This document shows positions 46,401 through 53,932 of a DNA stretch of 64,000 nucleotides, in pieces (position 1 is the stretch's first letter; each line of letters starts with the position of its first letter). The notes under the pieces were generated by a model. It made no database searches. It was not told where the DNA came from and was given only the letters and a program-made list of their open reading frames with translations. The position numbers and the translations under genes are program-made. The stretch comes from Phycisphaerae bacterium (lineage in GTDB: Bacteria > Planctomycetota > Phycisphaerae > UBA1845). The stretch is taken from contig CAXXGO010000006.1 of the NCBI GenBank assembly GCA_963666835.2, forward strand, positions 1,184,001-1,248,000, in the 5' to 3' direction.

Positions 46401-49400
46401 CAAAGCTCTTGATGAATCGTATGTTGACCTGGGTGGTGGGACACACGTGTATAACGGCGAGCTACATACGGAGGGCAGCGGCCTGATTCGCGTTCCGGGC
46501 GGACACTCCGCCTACATCGAGAATCTGACCAGCGACGGGCACATTTCCGTGTGCAATAATGCCGACCTCTATGTTCGTGGCATTGTCACCAACAACGGGA
46601 CGATTGGGGTGGATTCGCCTGGTGTAAACACCACACACTTGCGACTCGACCAGGCCGAGGCAACCCTTGCCGGCGACGGCGAGGTCGTTCTTGCGGATCA
46701 CTCGTACAATCGAATCTACGCCAACGATTGGTCGTATGTACTTACTAACGGCGTCAATCACACGATACGCGGCGGTGGCAGTATTGGTGCGAACAACATG
46801 GGGCTTATCAACCAGGGTTCGATCGTGGCCGACGCCAGCGGAGGGATGACGCTGGACCTCTCCAACGCCGGCTTCGATAACCAGGGTACGCTGCACGTCA
46901 CCAACGAAAGCACGATGTACATCGCCCCGACCCCGTTTACCACGAGCGGGACCGTGACCGTCGACGAGACGTGCGTGCTGACCCGCAGCGGCGATTACCC
47001 GCAGACTGCCGGGCTGACCACCGTGCATGGTGAACTGAGTGTCTCCGCCGGTATCGACCTGCAGGGTGGTGTGCTCGGAGGGAATGGGCTCGTCAGTGCC
47101 TATGTCGGCAACACCGGCGGCGCCGTCGGGCCGGGGGCTTCGGCCGGAACCCTGACCATCGATGACGACTATGACCAAGCCAGCGAGGCCGAGCTGCGGA
47201 TCGAGCTGGGGGGCACGGACGACGGTGAGTTTGACGTCCTCGAAGTGACCGGTACGGCCGCCCTGGCCGGGACGCTGAGCCTGACCGTGATTGACGATTA
47301 CGTCCCCATGCCCGGCGACAGCTTCGTCATTCTAACGGCGGCGTTAGTGGATTCGGAGTTCGAAACCGTGACCGTGGCGGGGCTGCCGGACGGCCTGTGC
47401 GAAGATGTCGGTTACTCAGATACCGAGGTTACTGTCACGATCATCGGAACCGTTATTACTCAGCAACCGACGGATCAGACCGTTTGTCTGGACGATCCGG
47501 TCGAGTTCACTGTCGAGTACACGGGGACCGATCCGGACGGGTACCAATGGCGTAAGGACGGCGTAGATATCCCCGGCGAGGAGGACGCCACGCTCTCGAT
47601 AGAGTCGGTCACAACTGAAGACGCCGGCATGTACGATGTCGTGATCACTAACATCTGCGGGACAATGACCAGTGAACCGGCTACTCTGGTGGTCAACACG
47701 CCGCCGGTGATTGAGGTTGAGCCGGTCGGAGCGACTCTTTGTGAGGGTGGGCCTTTCGAGATCAGCGTCACGGCTTCCGGTACCACCCCCTTCGACTATC
47801 GCTGGCGTAAGGACGGAGTCGAAATCCCCGGCGAGGAGAGCGATACGTTCAGGATCGACGCCGTCACCACGGCCGATGCCGGGGCGTACGATGTCGTAGT
47901 GACCAACGTCTGCGGGACGGCGATTAGCGCCGATGCGGTTCTCGTGGTCAACACGGCACCGGTGATTATCGTCGATCCCGTCGGAGCCACTCTTTGCGAG
48001 GGCGAGCCGCTCGAAATCAGCGTCACGGCTTCCGGCACGACGCCCTACGACTATCGCTGGCGTAAGGACGGAGTCGAGATCCCCGGCGAGGAGAGCGATA
48101 CGTTCGGGATCGACGCCGTCACTACGACCGATGCGGGGGCGTACGACGTCGTTGTGACCAATGTCTGTGGGACGATAATCAGCGCCGATGCGGTTCTGGT
48201 GGTCAATACGGCACCAACGATCATTACCGATCCCGCCGGAGCTACCCTTTGCGAAGGGGCGCCGTTCGAGATCAGCGTTACGGCTTCCGGCACAACGCCC
48301 TACGACTATCGCTGGCGGAAAGACGGCGTGGAGATCCCCGGCGAGAGAAGCGGTACGTTCAGGATCGACGCCGTCACCTCGGCGGATGCCGGGGTGTACG
48401 ATGTCGTGGTGACCAACGTCTGCGGGACGGTGACCAGCGCCGACGCGATTCTGGTGGTCAACACGGCACCCACGATTATTTCCGAGCCGGTCGGGGCCAC
48501 TCTTTGTGAGGGGGCGCCTTTCGAAGTCAGCGTTACGGCTTCCGGCACGACTCCTCTTGACTATCGCTGGCGTAGGGACGGCGTGGAAATCCCCGGCGAG
48601 GAGAGCGATACGTTGAGGATCGACGCCGTCACTACGGCTGATGCCGGGGTCTACGATGTCGTAGTGACCAACGTCTGCGGGACGGTGACGAGCGCCGACG
48701 CTGTTTTGGTGGTCAATACCGCGCCAGCGATTATCACCGAGCCGGTTGGGGCTATCCTGTGTGAGGGTGATCCTTTCGTGCTCAGCGTGACGGTTTCGGG
48801 GACAACGCCCTACGACTATCGCTGGCGTAAGGACGGCGTGGGAATCCCCGGTGAGGAGAGCGATACCTTCAGGATCGACGCCGTCACCACAGCCGATGCC
48901 GGGGCGTATGACGTCGTAGTAACCAACGTCTGCGGGACGGTGACCAGTGTCGATGCGGTTCTGGTGGTTGACGTGGCGCCGACGATCGTGTTGCACCCGG
49001 TCGGTGTATCGGTCTGCGAGGGCACCCCGGTTACGTTTACGGTCGAGGCCGTTGGAACGCTGCCGTTCGATTACATCTGGCGTAAGGATGGTGTTGTACT
49101 GCCCTGGGCTCAGACGGATACTCTGGAGATTGAGTCCGCCGACGCCTCGGATGCGGGCGAGTACGATGTCATCGTGGAAAACGCCTGCGGTAGCGCCCCA
49201 AGCCACGTGGCCACCCTGGAAGTCGAACTATCCGGGCCCGCGGACTTGGATACGGACTGCGATGTTGACCTGGACGATTTCGCCGAGTTCAGTGCCTGTA
49301 TGATTGGCCCTGACTTGCCGGTGCCCAGCGGGTGCGAGGAAGCAGACATCACCGGTGACGGGCAAGTCGATCTGTTAGACTTCGCGGAGTTTGCGGCCCT

Positions 49401-49419
49401 GTACACCGGGGCGCAGTAA
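43426..49419 (+). CDS. Giant secreted adhesin-like protein: six ~188-aa beta-rich repeats, seven Ig-like domains, C-terminal dockerin-like domain
   Basis: Signal peptide and W.G..GGNWS...NW. Six repeats marked by I.ANDW.Y.L.N. Seven YxWR[KR]DG/AGxYDVVxxNxCG units. C-terminus DLDTDCDVDLDD..CMIGP..DITGDGQVDLLD. Confidence 0.9.
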   Translation: MSNRRFNLCTAGRPRAVSAIVTAVLLAVLSATAARAGTDATWVGPYGGNWSVAENWDPAVVPNGAGYDVLIDTDSGVASSVLLNGTYTVGTLTIDAGDQLTISNNHNLYPTGNVFNNGLLAIEATLSATYLRIAGVAVTFDGSGALVMSDSSRNRISANDWTYRLTNTGSHTIRGAGDVGGNNMVLTNNSLIQADQLTPLVINLAGNAEHQNYNTGTMQAISGGTLSLSGSPIDNTAGVIQALDGSAVTLSGNSHIYNGTLATQGTGQIRVTGDSWIESLSNTGDLSVENNANCYVRGMIDNPGTVSVNATTSNTYLRLDQAEAGFTGTGEIVLGDSGRNMIHANDWTYRFTNTGGHTIRGGGNIGGNNMLLTNAATIQADCAGVTMSVDTGGSSYESCNTGIMKATGGGILSISGSTLDNTGGTIEAQNESYVDLTQGTHVRNGTLSTEGTGLIRVSANSNAYLDSVTNTGRVSVLNNADLYVRGAITNDGTIGVDSPGSNATDIRLDQSAATLTGDGEVVLADHANNRISADDWRYRLTNAGNHTIRGGGSLGLNNMLLTNESLIQADGSDVTMTVDLPGNAENENFNTGVMQAAAGAVLSLYATPINNDSGEIRALDGSFVSLSGGTHIYNGELDTEGSGLIRASGGNAACIEGVTSNGHISLLNGSDLYIRGTLTNNGTIGVDSSGSNATNLLLDQAEATLTGDGEVVLASRANNRIYANDWTYRLINTGNHAIRGGGSFGLNNMLLTNESLIEADQAGVTMSLDVANGGESLNTGVVQATGGGVLALSGSPINNDTGEIKALDGSFVDLSGGTHIYNGELDTEGSGLIRVPNGQTAYIENLTSSGHISVLNNANFYLRGVVTNNGTIGVDSSGSNATNLLLDQAEATLTGDGEVVLASRANNRIYASDWTYRLINTGNHAIRGGGSFGLNSMLLTNESLIEADQPGVTMAIDMANGGESFNGGVMQATGGGTLYLYASPIDNESGEIKALDESYVDLGGGTHVYNGELHTEGSGLIRVPGGHSAYIENLTSDGHISVCNNADLYVRGIVTNNGTIGVDSPGVNTTHLRLDQAEATLAGDGEVVLADHSYNRIYANDWSYVLTNGVNHTIRGGGSIGANNMGLINQGSIVADASGGMTLDLSNAGFDNQGTLHVTNESTMYIAPTPFTTSGTVTVDETCVLTRSGDYPQTAGLTTVHGELSVSAGIDLQGGVLGGNGLVSAYVGNTGGAVGPGASAGTLTIDDDYDQASEAELRIELGGTDDGEFDVLEVTGTAALAGTLSLTVIDDYVPMPGDSFVILTAALVDSEFETVTVAGLPDGLCEDVGYSDTEVTVTIIGTVITQQPTDQTVCLDDPVEFTVEYTGTDPDGYQWRKDGVDIPGEEDATLSIESVTTEDAGMYDVVITNICGTMTSEPATLVVNTPPVIEVEPVGATLCEGGPFEISVTASGTTPFDYRWRKDGVEIPGEESDTFRIDAVTTADAGAYDVVVTNVCGTAISADAVLVVNTAPVIIVDPVGATLCEGEPLEISVTASGTTPYDYRWRKDGVEIPGEESDTFGIDAVTTTDAGAYDVVVTNVCGTIISADAVLVVNTAPTIITDPAGATLCEGAPFEISVTASGTTPYDYRWRKDGVEIPGERSGTFRIDAVTSADAGVYDVVVTNVCGTVTSADAILVVNTAPTIISEPVGATLCEGAPFEVSVTASGTTPLDYRWRRDGVEIPGEESDTLRIDAVTTADAGVYDVVVTNVCGTVTSADAVLVVNTAPAIITEPVGAILCEGDPFVLSVTVSGTTPYDYRWRKDGVGIPGEESDTFRIDAVTTADAGAYDVVVTNVCGTVTSVDAVLVVDVAPTIVLHPVGVSVCEGTPVTFTVEAVGTLPFDYIWRKDGVVLPWAQTDTLEIESADASDAGEYDVIVENACGSAPSHVATLEVELSGPADLDTDCDVDLDDFAEFSACMIGPDLPVPSGCEEADITGDGQVDLLDFAEFAALYTGAQ
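47440..49230 (+). repeat. Seven tandem ~255-bp Ig-domain-coding repeats
   Basis: Recurrent GACTATCGCTGGCGTAAGGACGG... at a 255-bp period. Confidence 0.9.
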
Positions 49420-49489
49420 GGTGTAATCGAGGATCGCCGATTCGACACCGATAGCCAAACCGCGTCGAGGGCATCCGGGCATTGAAACC

Positions 49490-49532
49490 GGCGAGGGAGT
49501 CTGAGGTGAGTATCATCTCCGACTCCCTCGCC
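49490..49532. terminator. Hairpin between convergent genes (probable bidirectional terminator)
   Basis: GGCGAGGGAGTC...GACTCCCTCGCC, 12-bp outer stem. Confidence 0.6.
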
Positions 49533-49635
49533 TCTTCTTCCACCTATCGCTCGTTGACGGAAGGAGCGTACGTGTGCGGCTCCGGCGCCGGGCATGGCCA
49601 CGCAAACGCGGACCGCAGCCCCCGGAATGTGTCTG

Positions 49636-51714
49636 TTACTGGAGGAAGTTATTCAGAAGCTCCGCAAGATCGGCGAGGTCGATATCGCCATCGTCATCGA
49701 GATCGAAAGCGTTCAGGCAGGCGTTTGAGCAATTGCCGTTAAGCGGGAGACCGGGTCCAGCCAAGCAGTCCGGCAGCTCTGCGTAATCGCCCAGATCTAC
49801 GTTCCCGTCCTGATCGTAATCCCCGGCCAGATACAGGCGGCAGCTATCCGGAATCGCGTCCCCGTTGCAGTCCTCCGCCGTTGCCGCGACTTGAGTCCGG
49901 ATCATGAGCTCCCATTGAATGAGCACGCCAAGTTCGGCAGGTGTCTCCGCCTGCGTATCCACCACGGCCAACTTCCATATACCGCCGGCGTCCATCCCGT
50001 CGTACGTGGACAGTAATCCGACGGGGGCGTAGCTGCCGAAGAAGGGGGCTGAGCCGTCGGTTATTACCTCTTCCGCCTCGTCATCGAACACGGTTCCTGC
50101 GAAGTCGCTTCCGGTGCCGCCGTGGTTGACCACAAGCTCTACTATCTGACCGCCGTGTTCCAGGCGCAGAGCCAGCTCACCCACAGTGTTGTGTCTGACG
50201 TTTACGCGAACGTCCACGTCAGTAATTGTGCCCGCCGACACCATCATGGGCCAAAACACCGCCCCCGGCGACATTAGAGGTGAGTTGATCCAGCCGGTTG
50301 AGCGAACTTCATAGTGGGTTCCACCCAGTTCACATCCGTCGGGCAGAGAGTTGTTGTTGCAGTCGTCGCAGCCGGCATCGTCGACGCACTCTGCGATCGT
50401 GCAAACGTCTCCTACGCCGTCGCCATCGCAGTCGGCCTGATCAGGATTAGCATCGCCGGAGCAGTTGTCGCAACGATTGCCCACGCCGTCCTGGTCACCG
50501 TCGCTCTGATTTGCGTTTGCTTCATAGGGGCAGTTGTCGCATAGGTCACCCGTTGCGTCCTGGTCCGAATCCGTTTGCGCCGGATTCGCAATATCTACGC
50601 AATTGTCACACGCGTCGCCTACATCGTCCTCGTCCGCGTCATTCTGCGCGGTGTTCGGGGTGTCCGGGCAGTTATCGCAGACGTTGCCCACATCATCTCC
50701 GTCCCCGTCGTTCTGCCCGGAGTTGGCTATGTTGACGCAGTTGTCGCAGGCGTTGCCCACGCCGTCGTTGTCGCGGTCCCACTGGCCACCGTTGGCGACT
50801 TCCGTACAATTATCGCAAGCATCGCCCCATTGATCCGTATCCGAGTTCTGCTGGTCGGGATTCTCGACGGCGATGCAGTTATCTACACAATCCGAGACCA
50901 TGTCCCCGTCGGAATCCGGCTCTTCGACTTGACCGCAACCGCAGTCCCCTGGGTGGGTCTTGTTGGGATCATCAGGGCAATAATCCGATGAGGCAACGTC
51001 GATGAACGCAGCGCCCAACCGAATCTCATCCCATATCGAATCAGCCGATGCTGTTACCGCGGAGATCTTGACTTTGGTGAACGGCACCCGCGCGAAGGTG
51101 ACGTTCGCGGCCGCGTCGCCGTCGGCAGGCGGCGTATCCAGGTCGGGATTGACCCATATTCGGATTCTGCTGGTGGCGCTCATGTCGATCACGCCGACAA
51201 TGAACACCTTCTGGCTGAAAGGCACTCCGAGGTTGTGCCAGCCGGTGGGCAGCTCGAGCGTCCAGTTCGTGCTGCCGTTGACCATCCCGATGGAAATCTC
51301 AGAACTCCAGTCGTCCGTGTAGAAGGAGAGTGTTTCGGCTCCCCCACCCAGGCTTCCTTTGCCGATGAAACTAAACCAGACGGAAGTGCCCGTCGCGCCC
51401 TGCGATTCAGCCAACAGCCGAGTATTGAACCGGAAGGAGTCCTCGAGATACATGGCGTTGCCCACCACGGGATAGGCCGCGCCGGTACTGTCCGTGTACG
51501 TCAACCCCGGAGACCTTACTCGGCTACTCGTGCCGGCCAGCCACTGTTCGGCCCATCCTTCTCCACCGGTCATTCCCCGCAGTACTGTGGCATCGGGGTA
51601 GTTGAAGCCTTCGTAGGCGATTAACTCACCACGAACCACTGGCGCCGACCCGAATACCGCCGACAGACAGACAACGCTCAGCCACGCCCGACCTTTTCCG
51701 CTCAGTAGCTTCAT
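49636..51714 (-). CDS. Secreted protein with thrombospondin type-3 repeats, proprotein-convertase P-domain and dockerin-like C-terminus
   Basis: Signal peptide, then LIAYEGFNY...WDEIRLG domain. Seven or more D.DGD.VG..CDNC...N..Q repeats. ITDVDVRVNVRH..VGEL...L...G.WKL.VVD. GDYDQDGNVDLGD..CLAGP..FDLDDDGDIDLAD. Start 51714 or 51723. Confidence 0.88.
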   Translation of the reverse strand: MKLLSGKGRAWLSVVCLSAVFGSAPVVRGELIAYEGFNYPDATVLRGMTGGEGWAEQWLAGTSSRVRSPGLTYTDSTGAAYPVVGNAMYLEDSFRFNTRLLAESQGATGTSVWFSFIGKGSLGGGAETLSFYTDDWSSEISIGMVNGSTNWTLELPTGWHNLGVPFSQKVFIVGVIDMSATSRIRIWVNPDLDTPPADGDAAANVTFARVPFTKVKISAVTASADSIWDEIRLGAAFIDVASSDYCPDDPNKTHPGDCGCGQVEEPDSDGDMVSDCVDNCIAVENPDQQNSDTDQWGDACDNCTEVANGGQWDRDNDGVGNACDNCVNIANSGQNDGDGDDVGNVCDNCPDTPNTAQNDADEDDVGDACDNCVDIANPAQTDSDQDATGDLCDNCPYEANANQSDGDQDGVGNRCDNCSGDANPDQADCDGDGVGDVCTIAECVDDAGCDDCNNNSLPDGCELGGTHYEVRSTGWINSPLMSPGAVFWPMMVSAGTITDVDVRVNVRHNTVGELALRLEHGGQIVELVVNHGGTGSDFAGTVFDDEAEEVITDGSAPFFGSYAPVGLLSTYDGMDAGGIWKLAVVDTQAETPAELGVLIQWELMIRTQVAATAEDCNGDAIPDSCRLYLAGDYDQDGNVDLGDYAELPDCLAGPGLPLNGNCSNACLNAFDLDDDGDIDLADLAELLNNFLQ

Positions 51715-52485
51715 GTTCAACATCCTGGAGTGCTGGTGTGCCACATGGGCCAACGCAAAGATGGGGATGGTCAGTCTGAGTGGCTGGCCGCCGCCTCCGA
51801 CCTCGCTATAAACCGCTCCCCCCGCCGTGGTGTTCCTGGCGATCCGATTGATGACCCCGGTCACTTATATTGCCGTGAACACGCCTAAGTCAACGCGATT
51901 GCCGGTTGGCTGACGGTATCGGACCCGGGGGCCGTACGTTTTGCTCCAAGCCCGCCTCGCCCATAACTCCACAGGCTTTCCCACAAGACCGGCACGCCGT
52001 TGCGAGCCAAAACGGCTCAGCGACGCTCGAACCGATAATCGCAAAGTGTCTTATTAGTCGCGGTTGCGAGGCCGAATCGAAAGGCCGCCGGGCATCACTA
52101 CCGCGCTTTGGGGAACACGCGGCAGGCATAAAAGCCGGTGAGCCTCCTCATGTTTGTGGACGTTATCGATTGTGCGAAGGCTCGCCACTTCCGTTGCGGC
52201 GATGCTCTCGAACCCTACACGCAGCACCAGAGAAGCGGCCGCCGCGCAGATTAAGTTTCGATTAAGAATGGCGCGGAAAGACCCCGGGGCAGGGTTGTCC
52301 ACCGGGAAACATACGGGCACGTTTGCTGTTCAGACGTCCATCCTGTCGTCCAGGGCAATCGCGCTTGGAATGCTGATTGAGCCACTGTTAAGGGCGTTTC
52401 GTGGGAATTCGCGGACACGAACGGGGAGCTTGCGCGCTGCAACCAAGATGCCTTGGCTTTGTCCGGCGAGGCGGCATCTATAGAT

Positions 52486-52526
52486 GCGCAAAGACGATCT
52501 CTGCAAAACTTCACGTTCGGTTGACA
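52486..52526. promoter_or_regulatory. Conserved upstream motif, copy A (CpxR/OmpR-type box abutting TTGACA)
   Basis: 52495-52526 is 27/32 identical to 63112-63143. Confidence 0.65.
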
Positions 52527-52557
52527 CGCTCCTGACATGTTGGAGCGTTTAATACTA

Positions 52558-52572
52558 GTGAGTCTGACTCAC
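52558..52572. promoter_or_regulatory. Palindromic operator-like site
   Basis: GTGAGTC-T-GACTCAC perfect inverted repeat upstream of the efflux operon. Confidence 0.35.
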
Positions 52573-52829
52573 GGTGGATGCCGGCCGGTTGAGCGTTGGC
52601 CGGCGGGCTTGGGTCATTGTTGTGCGGACGTTTGCCGCCCAGCTTTCGGGGCACGCTGAAGTGAATGGACTACGGGGTTATCCGCGGTGGCAACCGGGCA
52701 CGAGAACGGCCCGCGAGCACGCTCGCGGGGCGGGGTCGGTTGCCTGGTGTATCGCAACAGTGTGCGGATCGGGCGGGCGTCGCGTCAGGGTGAAGTTATG
52801 CAAGGTAAGCTTTCAAGGAGTATCGAGAC

Positions 52830-53639
52830 ATGAAACGAGCGAAGTACGAAGTTGCGGGAGGCGTACTGTGTGCGATCGTGTTGATTGCCGGGACCACGAT
52901 TGCCGGGATGAGATTGGGACACCGTGGTCCGGGGGATGGCGGGGAACGTCCGCCGTGTGAGGATCCCATCTCGGATGATATGCAGGCAGGGCTGCTGGAG
53001 CGTCATGGCTCCGACGGCATTGATGCGGACGGCGACGGCGTCTTGACGTGTGAAGAGGTCGAGGCGTTCTTCGCGGCAAACCCACCCCCGGGTCCGCGGC
53101 ATGGCGGGCATCGTCCGCCGTGCGAGGATCCGATCCCGGACGATATGCAGGCAGGGCTGCTGGAGCGTCATGGCTCCGACGGCATTGATGCGGACGGCAA
53201 CGGCGTCTTGACGTGCGAAGAGGTTGAGGCGTTCTTCGCGGCAAACCCACCCCCGGGTCCGCGGCATGGCGGGCAGCGTCCGCCGTGCGAGGATCCGATC
53301 CCGGACGATATGCAGGCAGGGTTGCTGGAGCGTCATGGCTCCGACGGCATTGATGCGGACGGCAACGGCGTCTTGACGTGCGAAGAGGTTGAGGCGTTCT
53401 TCGCGGAGAATCCACCCCCGGGTCCGCGGCATGGCGGCGAACGCCCGCAGTGCGAGGATCCGATCCCGGACGATATGCAGGCAGGGTTGCTGGAGCGTCA
53501 TGGCTCCGACGGCATTGATGGGGACGGCGACGGCGTCTTGAAGTGCGAAGAGGTCGAGGCGTTCTTCGCGGAGAATCCACCCCCGGGTCCGCGGCATGGC
53601 GGGCAGCATCCGCCGTGTGAGGATCCGATTTCCGGATGA
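52830..53639 (+). CDS. Secreted or membrane-anchored tandem-repeat protein with four 55-aa EF-hand-like units
   Basis: RBS AAGGAG, N-terminal hydrophobic segment, repeat unit CEDPIPDDMQAGLLERHGSDGIDADG[DN]GVLTCEEVEAFFAxNPPPGPRHGGxRPP. Confidence 0.85.
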   Translation: MKRAKYEVAGGVLCAIVLIAGTTIAGMRLGHRGPGDGGERPPCEDPISDDMQAGLLERHGSDGIDADGDGVLTCEEVEAFFAANPPPGPRHGGHRPPCEDPIPDDMQAGLLERHGSDGIDADGNGVLTCEEVEAFFAANPPPGPRHGGQRPPCEDPIPDDMQAGLLERHGSDGIDADGNGVLTCEEVEAFFAENPPPGPRHGGERPQCEDPIPDDMQAGLLERHGSDGIDGDGDGVLKCEEVEAFFAENPPPGPRHGGQHPPCEDPISG

Positions 53640-53775
53640 TACGTAGGCGGAACTGCTGGAATGGTCTGATTCCGAAGACGCTGATGTGGATGGCGATGGC
53701 ATCCTGACGGGCGAAGCGGTCCGAGCGTTCTTCGAGGCGAATCCACCGCCGGGCAGGGATCCTAGCGGGTCATAA
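52956..53775 (+). repeat. 165-bp tandem repeat: four intact copies plus one degenerate copy past the stop codon
   Basis: GAGGATCC recurs at 52959, 53124, 53289, 53454 and 53619. Confidence 0.92.
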
Positions 53776-53932
53776 ACAAGAGGCGATCGGAGCCATCGAT
53801 CCGGCCGATCGCCTCCAGTCCAGGTGTTCGGATGGCGACAAGGCATCCGGGCACGAGGGACAAGATCGCAAGCCCTGCCCGGCGCGGAGGCCATTCCGGT
53901 AGCGTTTGCTTAGCGTTGCGGAAGGCAGACCA

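Noticed and set aside
43426..49419. Classical type Va autotransporter
   Set aside because: No C-terminal beta-barrel or terminal aromatic motif. The protein ends in Ig repeats and a dockerin-like domain.
51870..52480. Replication origin (DnaA-box-like words), riboswitch or small genes in the long intergenic region
   Set aside because: Only degenerate matches to TTATCCACA, no AT-rich unwinding element, no recognisable riboswitch core, and the ORFs lack RBS or motif support.
53640..53650. Programmed frameshift or amber (pyrrolysine) readthrough extending the repeat protein
   Set aside because: It would need both a frameshift and TAG readthrough, there is no slippery site, and the unit is heavily diverged. 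Decay is the simpler explanation.
52956..53775. CRISPR-like regular repeat
   Set aside because: It is a 165-bp in-frame coding tandem repeat with no spacers.
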